From: Myxococcota bacterium
GTDB taxonomy: Bacteria > Myxococcota_A > UBA9160 > UBA6930
DNA: 64,000 bases
NCBI GenBank assembly: GCA_965223415.1
Contig: OZ245002.1
Span: 5,600,001-5,664,000, forward strand
Reading direction: 5' to 3'
In this document: positions 27,077 to 39,558 of the stretch, piece after piece
Numbering within the stretch: the stretch's first letter is position 1
How the letters are laid out: the number at the start of each line of letters is the position of its first letter
Made by a program: the position numbers and the translations under genes
The notes under the pieces: generated by a model
Databases searched by the model: none
Seen by the model: only the letters and a program-made list of their open reading frames with translations
What the model was told of the DNA's origin: nothing

Positions 27077-27706
27077 CTAGTACCGGGAATAGAGCTCGAC
27101 GATCAGCTGCTCTTCGATGGGCAGCGTGATGTCCTCACGCTGAGGCAGCGCCGTCACCGTGCCCTCGAACTGTTCTTTCTCGATCTCGAGCCAGCCGGGC
27201 ACCGCGCGGCTCTCGAGGGTCTCGAGCGCGCCCACGATGCGAGCCACCTCCCGCGACCTCTCGCGGAGGACGATCTTCATGCCGGGTCGGGTGAGGAAGG
27301 ACGGCGTGCTCGTCTTGCGGCCGTTCACCAGGAAGTGGCCGTGTTTCACGAGCTGGCGAGCCTCGGCGCGGGACGTGGCGAACCCGAGGCGGAAGACCAC
27401 GTTGTCGAGCCGCCGCTCGAGGAGCCCGAGCAGGTTGTCGCCCGCCCGGCCCTTCATGCGGCTCGCCCTGTGGACCGTCGCGGCGAACTGCTTCTCCAGC
27501 AGGCCGTACATCCGCTTCACCTTCTGCTTCTCACGCAGCTGGACGCCGTAGTCCGAGAAGCGCGGCCGGCCCTGGCCGTGTTGGCCGGGCGGGTAGGCGC
27601 GTCGGTCGACGGAGCAACGCTCGCTGTAGCAGCGGTCGCCCTTCAGGAAGAGCTTCGTCCCTTCCCGGCGGCACAGCCTGCACACGGAACCTCGATACCT
27701 TGCCAT
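27077..27706 (-). CDS. rpsD: 30S ribosomal protein S4
   Basis: [40 protein letters not shown]. Confidence 0.98.
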   Translation of the reverse strand: MARYRGSVCRLCRREGTKLFLKGDRCYSERCSVDRRAYPPGQHGQGRPRFSDYGVQLREKQKVKRMYGLLEKQFAATVHRASRMKGRAGDNLLGLLERRLDNVVFRLGFATSRAEARQLVKHGHFLVNGRKTSTPSFLTRPGMKIVLRERSREVARIVGALETLESRAVPGWLEIEKEQFEGTVTALPQREDITLPIEEQLIVELYSRY

Positions 27707-27714
27707 GAGGTCTC

Positions 27715-28095
27715 CTAGACCCGGCGCCGCTTCGGCGGGCGGCAGCCGTTGTGGGGAACCGGGGTGACGTCGCGGATCATCGTGACACGCATCCCCGCGG
27801 CCTGGAGAGCCCGAAGGGCCGACTCACGTCCGGCGCCCGGGCCCTTCACGTAGACCGAGATCGTGCGAACCCCGTGCTCCATGGCCCGCTTGGCACAATC
27901 CTCCGCCGCCACCTGGGCGGCGAAGGGCGTCGACTTGCGCGAGCCCTTGAAGTGCTGGCCGGCGCTTCCCCACGCGAGGGTGCCACCGCCCGGATCGGTG
28001 ATCGTGATGATCGTGTTGTTGAACGTCGACTGGATGTGAGCCACACCCGTCGCGATGTTCTTCTTGACCTTCTTCTTCGAGCCCTTCTTGACCAT
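27715..28095 (-). CDS. rpsK: 30S ribosomal protein S11
   Basis: [33 protein letters not shown]. Confidence 0.98.
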   Translation of the reverse strand: MVKKGSKKKVKKNIATGVAHIQSTFNNTIITITDPGGGTLAWGSAGQHFKGSRKSTPFAAQVAAEDCAKRAMEHGVRTISVYVKGPGAGRESALRALQAAGMRVTMIRDVTPVPHNGCRPPKRRRV

Positions 28096-28101
28096 CCCTA
28101 C

Positions 28102-28485
28102 CTACTTCTTCGTCGGGGCCTTCTTCTTGCCGGCCACCGTCTTGCGCGGGCCCTTGCGGGTCCGCGCGTTGGTATGAGTCCGCTGACCGCGCACCGGGAG
28201 TCCCCGGCGATGCCGCAGCCCGCGATAGCAGCCGATGTCCATCAGCAGCTTGATGTTCTGGGAGACCTCCCGGCGGAGGTCGCCCTCCACCTGGTAGTCC
28301 CGCTCGATGATCTCGCGGAGCTTGATCACCTCGCCCTCTCCGAGGAGGTCCGTCTTCGTCCCGGCGTCCACCTCGGCCTTGCCGCAGATCTCCACGGCTC
28401 GGCTTCGGCCGATGCCGAAGATGTAGGTGAGTGCGATTCCGATCTGCTTGTTGCGCGGAAGGTCCACGCCAGCGATTCGTGCCAT
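28102..28485 (-). CDS. rpsM: 30S ribosomal protein S13
   Basis: [31 protein letters not shown]; start ATG 28485. Confidence 0.98.
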   Translation of the reverse strand: MARIAGVDLPRNKQIGIALTYIFGIGRSRAVEICGKAEVDAGTKTDLLGEGEVIKLREIIERDYQVEGDLRREVSQNIKLLMDIGCYRGLRHRRGLPVRGQRTHTNARTRKGPRKTVAGKKKAPTKK

Positions 28486-28489
28486 GTCG

Positions 28490-28603
28490 CTACCCCTGTC
28501 GCTGCTTGTGCTTCGGGTTGTCGCAGATGACGCGCACCACGCCGCGTCTCCGGATGATCCGGCACTTCTCACACATCTTCTTCACCGATGCCCTGACCTT
28601 CAT
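28490..28603 (-). CDS. rpmJ: 50S ribosomal protein L36 (Zn-ribbon form)
   Basis: Manual translation [37 protein letters not shown]. Confidence 0.97.
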   Translation of the reverse strand: MKVRASVKKMCEKCRIIRRRGVVRVICDNPKHKQRQG

Positions 28604-28682
28604 GTCAGCTCCCTCGCCCTTCGGATGCCCTGACCTTCATGTCAGCTCCCTCGCCCTTCGGATGCCCTGACCTTCATGTCAG
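28587..28682. repeat. 37-bp exact tandem repeat (about 2.6 copies) at the adk-rpmJ junction, encoding two [11 protein letters not shown] mini-ORFs (28642-28677 and 28605-28640, minus)
   Basis: gatgccctgaccttcatgtcag starts at 28587, 28624 and 28661, separated by identical ctccctcgcccttcg. Confidence 0.95.
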
Positions 28683-29251
28683 TTCCTGCTCGAGCGCCGC
28701 GGCAATGCGCGCCGCCACCTCGTCGATCTCGCCCAGGCCGTCGACCAGGACGAGGATTCCCATCGCGCCGTAGTACTCGATGAGCGGCGCCGTCTTCTCC
28801 CGGTACTCGCCCATGCGCGTCCGGATCGACTCCTCGTTGTCGTCGGTGCGGCCCTCGATCTTCGCCCGCTTCAGCAGCCGCCCGACCAGTTCGTCCTCGT
28901 CGACCGTGAGCGCCACGCAGCGCTCCAGGGTGACGCCCAGCTTCGGCAACAGCTCGTCCAGCGCCTCGGCCTGGGCGCGGGTGCGCGGGAAGCCGTCCAG
29001 AACGAAGCCCTTGGCCGCGTCCGGCTCCGAGAGACGCTCCCGGGCCACGCCGATCACGACTTCGTCCGGCACGAGCTCCCCGGCGTCCATGTGCGCCTGG
29101 GCCCGCCGCCCGACCTCGGTGCCGGCCGCCACGGCGGCACGCAGCATGTCCCCGGTGGAGACCTGGGGAATGCCCAGCTCGTCGACCAGGCGCTGGGCCT
29201 GGGTGCCCTTGCCCGCGCCGGGCGGGCCGAGCAGCAGCAGACGACGCGCCG

Positions 29252-29255
<4 letters not shown>
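28674..29255 (-). CDS. adk: Adenylate kinase, short (reduced LID) form
   Basis: LLGPPGAGKGTQA, STGDMLR, LDGFPRT, KRAKIEGRTDDNEE (no long LID); ATG 29255. Confidence 0.95.
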
Positions 29256-30564
<1,309 letters not shown>

Positions 30565-30568
<4 letters not shown>

Positions 30569-31005
30569 GCCACGATCTCCACGCTTCCGCCGGCGGCCTC
30601 GACCTTCTCCTTCGCCGAGGCACTGGCGCGCTGGACCTTGATCGTGAGCTTGGCCGGGGCCTCGCCCTCGCCGAGCAGCTTCACCGGGGCCTTGCCGCCG
30701 ACGAGACCCTTGCGGGCGAGCAGCTCCACGTCGACCGTGGCGCCCTCTCCGAAGCCAGCGAGATCCCGCAGGTTCACGATGTCCACGGGCTTGCGGTGGA
30801 TGTTCGTGAAGCCGCGCTTGGGGATGCGGCGGACCAGCGGCATCTGGCCGCCCTCGAACCAGAGCGGCGTCTCCCTGCCAGCGGAGCGATGTCCCTGGCC
30901 CTTGGTGCCGCGTCCTGCCGTCTTGCCGGTTCCGGAGCCGGGACCCCGACCCACCCGCTTCTTCCGACGACGAGCGCCGTGCTTCGGCTCGAGCCGATCG
31001 AGCAT
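30565..31005 (-). CDS. rplO: 50S ribosomal protein L15
   Basis: KRVGRGPGSGTGKTAGRGTKGQ, FEGGQMPL..RIPKRGF. Confidence 0.97.
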
Positions 31006-31007
31006 CG

Positions 31008-31187
31008 CTACTCCTCCACTCGAACGAGATGAGGAACCTTCAGGATCATCCCGCGCACCGACGGCGTGTCGTCAACTACGACCGTGTGGCGGATACGGCG
31101 CAGCCCGAGGCCGCGCAGGGTCGCCCGCTGCTTGCGGTCGTATCCGATGGAGCTCTTCACCTGGGTCACCCGGATCTTGCCGCTCAT
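31008..31187 (-). CDS. rpmD: 50S ribosomal protein L30
   Basis: Manual translation [59 protein letters not shown]. Confidence 0.96.
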   Translation of the reverse strand: MSGKIRVTQVKSSIGYDRKQRATLRGLGLRRIRHTVVVDDTPSVRGMILKVPHLVRVEE

Positions 31188-31678
31188 CGCGCCAGCTCCG
31201 CCCGACGCTCCTCGGGATCTCGCAGCTCGGTGAGTGCGCTGATCGTGGCATTCACGGCGTTGTGCGGGTTGTTCGTGCCCAGGTTCTTCGAGAGCACGTC
31301 GCGAACGCCAGCCGATTCGAGCACGGCGCGCACGCCGCCGCCCGCGATCACGCCGGTTCCCGCGGAGGCCGGCTTCAGCAGCACCCGCCCGGCCCCGAAG
31401 CGGCCGGTGATGGCGTGGGGCAGCGTCCCCTCGACGAGCGGCACGCGGACCAGGTTCTTGCGCGCCCGGTCCACCCCCTTACGGATGGCCTCCGGCACCT
31501 CGCCCGCCTTGCCGAGGCCGACGCCCACGACGCCGGCTCCGTCGCCCACGACGACGAGGGCACTGAAGCTGAACCGTCGCCCGCCCTTGACGACCTTCGC
31601 GACCCGGTTGATGTGGATCACCCGATCGTTCAGCTCGTAGTCGTTGGCGTTCAGCCGTTCCGAATGCTGGATCTTCAT
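31184..31678 (-). CDS. rpsE: 30S ribosomal protein S5
   Basis: [32 protein letters not shown]. Confidence 0.97.
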   Translation of the reverse strand: MKIQHSERLNANDYELNDRVIHINRVAKVVKGGRRFSFSALVVVGDGAGVVGVGLGKAGEVPEAIRKGVDRARKNLVRVPLVEGTLPHAITGRFGAGRVLLKPASAGTGVIAGGGVRAVLESAGVRDVLSKNLGTNNPHNAVNATISALTELRDPEERRAELAR

Positions 31679-31716
31679 GCGTTCCCTCGGAACCGGATCG
31701 TTCTCTCGTTTTTCAT
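31675..31716 (-). other. Junction mini-[16 protein letters not shown] between rplR and rpsE
   Basis: 22-bp repeat ttcatgcgttccctc(g/a)gaaccg at 31674-31695 and 31712-31733; stop overlaps rpsE ATG (ATGA). Confidence 0.65.
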
Positions 31717-31724
31717 GCGTTCCC

Positions 31725-32093
31725 TCAGAACCGCAGGCCGGCCTCGCGGGCCGCCTCTGCGAGCGCCTTCACGCGTCCGTGGTAGAGGAAGCCGTTGCGA
31801 TGGAACACGACCTCCTCGATCTGCTTCTCCCGGGCCTTGGCGGCGATCGCCGCACCCACCTTCTTCGCGGCCTCGACGTTCCCCGTCCCGGCGTCACCGG
31901 AGATCTGCTTCGAACGGGTCGACACCGTGGCGAGGGTCGCGCCGGAGGCCGGATCGATGAGCTGCGCGTAGATGTGCTTTGCGCTCCGGAACACGGTGAG
32001 CCGCGGCCGATCCGATCCGGCGACGGAGCGGGTGACCCGCTGACGGCGGGCCAGCTGCTGGGCGCGGCGGGGATTCCTGATCTTCCTCTTCAT
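31725..32093 (-). CDS. rplR: 50S ribosomal protein L18
   Basis: [38 protein letters not shown]. Confidence 0.97.
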   Translation of the reverse strand: MKRKIRNPRRAQQLARRQRVTRSVAGSDRPRLTVFRSAKHIYAQLIDPASGATLATVSTRSKQISGDAGTGNVEAAKKVGAAIAAKAREKQIEEVVFHRNGFLYHGRVKALAEAAREAGLRF

Positions 32094-32113
32094 CTCTTCC
32101 TGCCTTCGCGGAC

Positions 32114-32653
32114 CTAGCCGACCGCGGCCTTGCCGACCTTGCGGCGGACGTGTTCGTCGACGTAGCGGACGCCCTTGCCCTTGTAGGGCTCCGGCGGACG
32201 CAGGGCGCGGACCTCGGAGGCGAACTGGCCGACCAGCTCCTTGTCCGCGCCCTCGATCTTCACCTTCGTGTTCTCCTCGACGGCGACCGAGAGCCCCTCA
32301 GGCACCGGCACGTCGACCGGATGCGAGAAGCCGAGCAGGAGCTTCAGGGTCTTGCCGGCGGCCTCGGCCCGGTAGCCGACGCCGACGATCTCGAGCTCTT
32401 TCGTGAAGCCCTGGGTCACGCCTGTGACCATGTTCGCCAGGAGCGCCCGCGCCAGACCGTGGAGGGCTCGGGTCTTCTTGCTCTCGTCGGGTCGGGTGAG
32501 GGTCACGCTGCCGTCGCCCACGTCCACCTGGATCTCGGCGGGGAGACGGTTCGAGAGGGTTCCCTTCGGCCCCTTGACCTCGACGACGTCGCCTTCCCGC
32601 TTGACGGAGACGCCGCTCGCCAGCTCGATGGGCTGCTTGCCGATGCGCGACAT
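32114..32653 (-). CDS. rplF: 50S ribosomal protein L6
   Basis: [22 protein letters not shown]. Confidence 0.97.
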   Translation of the reverse strand: MSRIGKQPIELASGVSVKREGDVVEVKGPKGTLSNRLPAEIQVDVGDGSVTLTRPDESKKTRALHGLARALLANMVTGVTQGFTKELEIVGVGYRAEAAGKTLKLLLGFSHPVDVPVPEGLSVAVEENTKVKIEGADKELVGQFASEVRALRPPEPYKGKGVRYVDEHVRRKVGKAAVG

Positions 32654-32655
32654 CT

Positions 32656-33051
32656 TCACCAGACCTCGCAGACGACTTCGCCACCGACGTTCTGCTCGCG
32701 GGCGGAGTCGTCGGAGAGCACGCCCCGGGGCGTGGAGAGGACCGCGACGCCCAGGCCGTTGCGCACCTTCGGCACCTGCTTGGCGCCCACGTAGACGCGC
32801 CGGCTGGGCTTGGAGACTCGGCGCAGGCCGTCGATGATCATCCGGCCGTCGTGGCCGTAGCGCAGGGTGAGGCGAAGCAGCGGCTTGCCCTCGTTGGCCT
32901 CGACGCTGACGTCCTCGAGGAAGCCTTCGTCCCGCAGGACGCCGGCGATCGCCAGCTTGAGTTTGGAGGAGGGACAGGTCGTCTCCGCATGGCGGGCGAC
33001 GCCCGCGTTGCGAATGCGGGCCAGCATGTCGGCGACGGGATCGGTCATCAT
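32656..33051 (-). CDS. rpsH: 30S ribosomal protein S8
   Basis: MMTDPVADMLARIRNA, RVSKPSRRVY, STPRGV, GGEVVCEVW. Confidence 0.97.
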   Translation of the reverse strand: MMTDPVADMLARIRNAGVARHAETTCPSSKLKLAIAGVLRDEGFLEDVSVEANEGKPLLRLTLRYGHDGRMIIDGLRRVSKPSRRVYVGAKQVPKVRNGLGVAVLSTPRGVLSDDSAREQNVGGEVVCEVW

Positions 33052-33056
33052 GGTGC

Positions 33057-33605
33057 TTACCCCTGGTTCCGGAACGGCATGCCGAGGTGGGCGAGCAGCG
33101 CCTTGGCCTCGGCGTCGGTGCCCGCGGAGGTCACCACGGTCACGTTCATGCCGGTGATCTTCTCGACCTGGTCGTAGTCGACTTCCGGAAAGATGATCTG
33201 CTCCCGGATGCCGAGGGTGTAGTTGCCGCGCCCGTCGAAGGCCTTCGGCGACGTGCCGCGGAAATCGCGCACGCGGGGGAGCGCCACGTTCATGAGGCGG
33301 TCGAGGAACTCCCACATGCGCGCTCCGCGCAGGGTCACCATCGTGCCGATAGGCTGGCCCTGGCGCAGCTTGAAGTTCGCGACGGACTTCCGCGCCCGGC
33401 GGATGATCGCCTTCTGACCGGTGATCATCGCCAGCTCCTCCGCCGCCTTCTCCAGCAGCTTGGGATTCTGGGTGGCCTCGCCGAGGCCCACGTTCACCAC
33501 CACCTTCTCGACGGTGGGCACCTGGTGCGCGTTCCCGTAGTTGAACTCGGCGCGGAGCTTCCCGTGGATCTCGGAGCGATAGCGCTCGAGGAGACGCGGC
33601 GTCAT
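33057..33605 (-). CDS. rplE: 50S ribosomal protein L5
   Basis: [47 protein letters not shown] overlaps rplN stop. Confidence 0.97.
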   Translation of the reverse strand: MTPRLLERYRSEIHGKLRAEFNYGNAHQVPTVEKVVVNVGLGEATQNPKLLEKAAEELAMITGQKAIIRRARKSVANFKLRQGQPIGTMVTLRGARMWEFLDRLMNVALPRVRDFRGTSPKAFDGRGNYTLGIREQIIFPEVDYDQVEKITGMNVTVVTSAGTDAEAKALLAHLGMPFRNQG

Positions 33606-33973
33606 CACAGCACCTCCGGTGCGAGAGAGATGATCTTCATGAAACGCCGGGCCCGGAGCTCCCGGGCCACCGGCCCGAAGATGCGGGTCCCGACCGGCTC
33701 CTTGGCCTGGTCGAGGAGGACGGCCGCGTTGTCGTCGAACTTGATGTACGAGCCGTCCGGTCGCGAGATGCCCTTGCGGGTGCGAACGACGACGGCTCGC
33801 CGAACCTCGCCCTTCTTGACGCGGGCGTTCGGAATGGCGTCTTTTACGGCCACGACGATGATGTCCCCGATCGAGGCGTACTTGCGCCGGGTGCCCCCGA
33901 GCACGCGGATGCAGGCGACCTTCCGCGCGCCCGAGTTGTCGGCGACTTCCAGCGTCGATTCCGGCTGGATCAT
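33605..33973 (-). CDS. rplN: 50S ribosomal protein L14
   Basis: [38 protein letters not shown]. Confidence 0.98.
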   Translation of the reverse strand: MIQPESTLEVADNSGARKVACIRVLGGTRRKYASIGDIIVVAVKDAIPNARVKKGEVRRAVVVRTRKGISRPDGSYIKFDDNAAVLLDQAKEPVGTRIFGPVARELRARRFMKIISLAPEVL

Positions 33974-34011
33974 GCCTTTTCTCCACGAGTCTGGAGTTCC
34001 GGCTGGATCAT
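33970..34011 (-). other. Junction mini-[16 protein letters not shown] between rpsQ and rplN
   Basis: 16-bp exact repeat ttccggctggatcatg at 33959-33974 and 33997-34012; both ATGs have a GGAGAA RBS; stop overlaps rplN ATG. Confidence 0.7.
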
Positions 34012-34029
34012 GGTTCCTTCTCCGCCCGC

Positions 34030-34293
34030 CTAGACCTGGGTCGACTTCTCGAGGGTCGACTGCACCTTCCAGCGCTTTCGCTTGGAGAGCGGCCGATGCT
34101 CGATGATCTGGACCCGATCGCCCACGGCGCAGCCATTTTCCTCGTCGTGGGCCATGAAACGGGCATGGCGCCGCACGTACTTCTGGTAGCGGGGATCCTT
34201 GACGAGGCGCTCGACGCGAACGACGACGGTCTTGTCCATCTTGTCGCTCACGACAACGCCTTCCAGGGTCCGTCGACTTCCACGCTCACTCAC
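34030..34293 (-). CDS. rpsQ: 30S ribosomal protein S17
   Basis: [26 protein letters not shown] 34293. Confidence 0.96.
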   Translation of the reverse strand: MSERGSRRTLEGVVVSDKMDKTVVVRVERLVKDPRYQKYVRRHARFMAHDEENGCAVGDRVQIIEHRPLSKRKRWKVQSTLEKSTQV

Positions 34294-34488
34294 CGGTCTT
34301 CTCCACGCTCTTCTCACGGAGGATCGTCTCGACGCGGGCCACGTCGCGGCGGAGGGTCCGCAGCTTCGCCGTGTCCTCGAGCTGGCCCGTAGCCTTTCGC
34401 AGGCGGATGCTCACCAGCTCGGTCCGCAGCTCCTCGCCCTTCGCCAGGAGCTCCTCCGTCGACAGGTCTCTCAGCTCTCCCGCCGTCA

Positions 34489-34489
<1 letters not shown>
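34286..34489 (-). CDS. rpmC: 50S ribosomal protein L29
   Basis: [30 protein letters not shown]. Confidence 0.95.
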
Positions 34490-34902
<413 letters not shown>

Positions 34903-34904
34903 GC

Positions 34905-35585
34905 CTACCTCACCCCGTCGTCGGTGATGCGCTGGGTGAGCGTGCCCTGCCGCAGCTCGGTGGGGGCCACGTCGCCCTTGAAGATCCAGACCTTCACGCC
35001 GATCACGCCGTAGGTCGTCTTGGCTTCGGCGGTCCCGAACTCGATGTCGGCGCGCAGCGTGTGGAGGGGGACGCGCCCTTCGGCATAGCGCTCTCGGCGC
35101 CCCATCTCCGCGCCGCCCAGCCGGCCGCCGCACTCGATGCGGATTCCCTTGGCCCCGAACTTCATCGTCGAAGTCATCGCCTTCTTCATCGCCCGTCGGA
35201 ACGCCACCCGGCGCTCGAGCTGGAGCGCGATGTTCTCGGCCACGAGCTGGGCGTCGAGCTCCGCCTTCCGGATCTCCTTGATGTTGATGAAGATCTCGTG
35301 GGGCGTGTGCTGCTTCAGCTCCGCCCGCAGCACCTCCACCTCGGCGCCGCGCTTCCCGATCAGGATGCCGGGACGGGCCGTGTGGATGTTGATCACGCAC
35401 TTCTCGCCGGTGCGGTCGATGACCACCTTGGAGATGCCCGCGTGGTAGAGCTTCTTCTTGATGTGCTTGCGGATGGCGTGGTCTTCGAGGACCTGGTCGG
35501 CGTAGCGACGCTCCTCGTACCAGTTGGACTTCCATCCGTAGAGGGTCCCCAGGCGGAATCCATAGGGGTGGACTTTTTGTCCCAC
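34905..35585 (-). CDS. rpsC: 30S ribosomal protein S3
   Basis: [37 protein letters not shown]. Confidence 0.98.
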   Translation of the reverse strand: MGQKVHPYGFRLGTLYGWKSNWYEERRYADQVLEDHAIRKHIKKKLYHAGISKVVIDRTGEKCVINIHTARPGILIGKRGAEVEVLRAELKQHTPHEIFINIKEIRKAELDAQLVAENIALQLERRVAFRRAMKKAMTSTMKFGAKGIRIECGGRLGGAEMGRRERYAEGRVPLHTLRADIEFGTAEAKTTYGVIGVKVWIFKGDVAPTELRQGTLTQRITDDGVR

Positions 35586-35936
35586 CTAGCGCTCCTCCAG
35601 CTCGACGGCGATGTGACTGGTCTTGTGCTGGATCCACGCGGCGCGGCCCTGGGCCCGCGCGCGGATCCGCCACATCTTCGACCCTTCATCCACCGTGATC
35701 TTCGAGACGATCAGGTTGTCGATGTCGATGCCCGCCTTGTCGCGGGCGTTCTTCTCTTCGGCGTTTGCCACGGCAGAACGCACGAGCTTGGCAAGCGGGC
35801 GGGCGACACGCTTGGGCGACAGGTCGAGCAGGTTGAGCGCGTCTTCGACTTGCCGGCCCCGGATCACGTCCGCCACGAGCCGCGCCTTGCGCGCGCTCAC
35901 GCGGTAGTTGTTGAGCTTGGCGATCGAGGAGGCCAT
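35586..35936 (-). CDS. rplV: 50S ribosomal protein L22
   Basis: [31 protein letters not shown]. Confidence 0.97.
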   Translation of the reverse strand: MASSIAKLNNYRVSARKARLVADVIRGRQVEDALNLLDLSPKRVARPLAKLVRSAVANAEEKNARDKAGIDIDNLIVSKITVDEGSKMWRIRARAQGRAAWIQHKTSHIAVELEER

Positions 35937-36211
35937 CAGCGCCTGACCTTCTTGTCCGTGGCATGGCCCGTGAACTTGCGCGTGGGCGCGAACTCGCCGA
36001 GGCGGTGGCCTACCATGTTCTCCGTCACGTAGACGGGCATGAAGAGCTTGCCGTTGTGGACGTGAAAGGTGAGCCCGACCATTTCGGGTGTGATCATCGA
36101 GCGCCGCGACCAGGTCTTGATGACCTGCTTCGAATCCGTCGCCACGGCGGCATCGACCTTCTTCTGAAGGCTCGTATCGACGAACGGGCCCTTCTTGAGT
36201 GAGCGCGCCAC
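35936..36211 (-). CDS. rpsS: 30S ribosomal protein S19
   Basis: [33 protein letters not shown] 36211. Confidence 0.97.
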   Translation of the reverse strand: MARSLKKGPFVDTSLQKKVDAAVATDSKQVIKTWSRRSMITPEMVGLTFHVHNGKLFMPVYVTENMVGHRLGEFAPTRKFTGHATDKKVRR

Positions 36212-37041
36212 TACTTCTTCCCCCGCCGCTTGACGATGTACTTGTCGGAACGGTGGTTGCTGCGGGTCTTGTGACCCTTCGTGGGCTTGCCCCACGGCGT
36301 ACACGGATGGCGGCCGCCGGAGCTCTTGCCCTCGCCGCCGCCCATGGGATGATCCACCGGGTTCATGGCCACTCCCCGGACGTTGGGGCGCTTGCCCTTC
36401 CAGCGGGCGCGCCCGGCCTTGCCGATGCGCTGGTTCTCGTGCTCCAGGTTGCCCACCTGGCCCACGGTCGCCATGCACTTCACGTGGATCATGCGGTTCT
36501 CGCCGCTCGGCATGCGCAGGGTCACGTACTTGCCCTCGCGAGCCATCAGCTGGGCGCCTGTCCCGGCGGCCCGCACGAGCTGCGCGCCCTTGCCGGGCTT
36601 CATCTCGATGGCATGGAGGACCGTGCCCAGGGGAATCCTCTCGAGGGGCAGCGCGTTGCCGGGCCGGATCTCGGCCTCGGGACCGGACTGCACCGTATCC
36701 CCCACCCGCAGGCCGGCGGGCGCCAGGATGTAGCGCTTCTCGCCGTCGGCGTAGTGGAGGAGCGCGATCCGCGCCGAGCGGTTCGGGTCGTACTCGATCC
36801 CCGCCACCTTGGCCGGCACGCCTTCCTTGTTGCGCCGGAAGTCGATCGCCCGGTAGCGGCGCTTGTGGCCGCCGCCCCGGTGCCAGGAGGTCACGCGGCC
36901 GTAGCCATTGCGACCGCCGCTCTTCTTGACGAGACCCGTGACGAGCGACCGCTCGGGCTTCGCACGGGTCACTTCCGCGAAGTCCGAGACGCTCATCTTG
37001 CGTCGCCCCGGCGACGTCGGCTTGTAGATGCGAACCGGCAC
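36211..37041 (-). CDS. rplB: 50S ribosomal protein L2
   Basis: [30 protein letters not shown]. Confidence 0.98.
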   Translation of the reverse strand: MPVRIYKPTSPGRRKMSVSDFAEVTRAKPERSLVTGLVKKSGGRNGYGRVTSWHRGGGHKRRYRAIDFRRNKEGVPAKVAGIEYDPNRSARIALLHYADGEKRYILAPAGLRVGDTVQSGPEAEIRPGNALPLERIPLGTVLHAIEMKPGKGAQLVRAAGTGAQLMAREGKYVTLRMPSGENRMIHVKCMATVGQVGNLEHENQRIGKAGRARWKGKRPNVRGVAMNPVDHPMGGGEGKSSGGRHPCTPWGKPTKGHKTRSNHRSDKYIVKRRGKK

Positions 37042-37045
37042 GACT

Positions 37046-37333
37046 CTAGACTCCTTCGTAGAACTCGATGGTCTGGCCCTCGGCCAGCGTGACCATCGCC
37101 TTCTTCCACTCCGACTTGCGGCCGGTGAACTTCCCCACCCGGCGGCTCTTTCGGGGCATCCGGATCGTGCGCACGTCCAGGACGTCCACCTGCCAGATCG
37201 CCTCGACGGCCTGCTTGATCTGCGCCTTGTTCGCGTGGGGATTCACGGCCAGGGTCACCACGTTCGCGAGCTCGCGGGAGATGGTGCTCTTCTCCGTGAC
37301 CACCGGGCGCAGCACGATGTCCTGGACCTTCAT
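37046..37333 (-). CDS. rplW: 50S ribosomal protein L23
   Basis: [26 protein letters not shown]. Confidence 0.96.
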   Translation of the reverse strand: MKVQDIVLRPVVTEKSTISRELANVVTLAVNPHANKAQIKQAVEAIWQVDVLDVRTIRMPRKSRRVGKFTGRKSEWKKAMVTLAEGQTIEFYEGV

Positions 37334-37977
37334 GCCGAGGCCTCCGGGGCAGCGCCGAGGCGCGCATGGATCTTCTCGAGCGCGCCCTGCACGATCAGCA
37401 GCTTCTCGTGACGCAGCACGTCGTGGACGTTCAGGCCCTCGGCGCGGACCACGCCGACCCGCGGCAGGTTCCGGGCGGAACGCTCGAGCTGCGGCGCCGG
37501 CTCGGGAATCACGATCAGCACGCTCGCATCGCCCAGGCCCAGGGCGTTCAGACCCTCGACGACGCGGCGGGTCTTGAACTCGTCCAGCTCGAAGGCATCG
37601 GCCACGGCGACGGCGCCTTCCCGCTGGCGCAAGGAGAGCGCTCCGCGCAGGGCGGCGCGGCGGGTCTTCTTCGTGAGCTTGTGCTCGTAGCCTCGCGGCA
37701 CCGGCCCGAAGACCGAGCCGCCGCCCGCGAACTGGGGCGCCCGGGTCGTGCCTTGCCGGGCGCGTCCGGTGCCCTTCTGGCGGTAGGGCTTCGCACCGCC
37801 GCCGGAGACCGCGGAGCGGTTCTTCGTGGCATGGGTGCCCGCCCGGCGCCGGGAGAGCTGACGCCGCACCTCGGCGTGGAAGAGATGGGGCTTCACGGCA
37901 GCCTCGAACACCACCGGATCGAGATCGGCCGAGCCGGCCTTGCCCCCAGAGGTCGTCGTGACGTCTACGGTCGCCAT
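37330..37977 (-). CDS. rplD: 50S ribosomal protein L4
   Basis: [28 protein letters not shown]. Confidence 0.97.
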   Translation of the reverse strand: MATVDVTTTSGGKAGSADLDPVVFEAAVKPHLFHAEVRRQLSRRRAGTHATKNRSAVSGGGAKPYRQKGTGRARQGTTRAPQFAGGGSVFGPVPRGYEHKLTKKTRRAALRGALSLRQREGAVAVADAFELDEFKTRRVVEGLNALGLGDASVLIVIPEPAPQLERSARNLPRVGVVRAEGLNVHDVLRHEKLLIVQGALEKIHARLGAAPEASA

Positions 37978-37979
37978 GG

Positions 37980-38294
37980 CTAGAGCTTGATCTCCACGTC
38001 CACGCCGGCGGCCAGCTCGAGCTTCATCAGGGCGTCCACGGTCTGCGGCGTGGGATCGAGGATGTCGATCAGCCGCTTGTGGGTGCGCATCTCGAACTGC
38101 TCCCGCGACTTCTTGTCGATGTGGGGGCCGCGCAGCACGGTGTACTTGTTGATGGCCGTCGGTAGCGGAATCGGTCCCGCCACCCGGGCGCCGGTCCGAA
38201 TGGCCGTATCGACGATCTCCCCGGCGCTCTGGTCGAGGAGCTTGTAGTCGTAGGCCTTCATCCGAATCCGGATCTTCGCTGAAACATCCGCCAT
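37980..38294 (-). CDS. rpsJ: 30S ribosomal protein S10
   Basis: [33 protein letters not shown]. Confidence 0.98.
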   Translation of the reverse strand: MADVSAKIRIRMKAYDYKLLDQSAGEIVDTAIRTGARVAGPIPLPTAINKYTVLRGPHIDKKSREQFEMRTHKRLIDILDPTPQTVDALMKLELAAGVDVEIKL

Positions 38295-38298
38295 GTTG

Positions 38299-39489
<1,191 letters not shown>

Positions 39490-39514
39490 CCTGCTCTCCG
39501 TTGATGGGGCCGTG

Positions 39515-39558
39515 GGCCCGCCGGTCATTGCCGTTGCTGGCGGTCGGCCCGCCGGTCA
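39515..39558. repeat. 13-bp direct repeat (period 31) at the fusA-tuf junction including the fusA stop
   Basis: ggcccgccggtca at 39515-39527 and 39546-39558. Confidence 0.7.

Noticed and set aside
28587..28682. 37-bp repeat as a CRISPR array
   Set aside because: The spacers are identical, the repeat is the rpmJ start, and no cas genes are present
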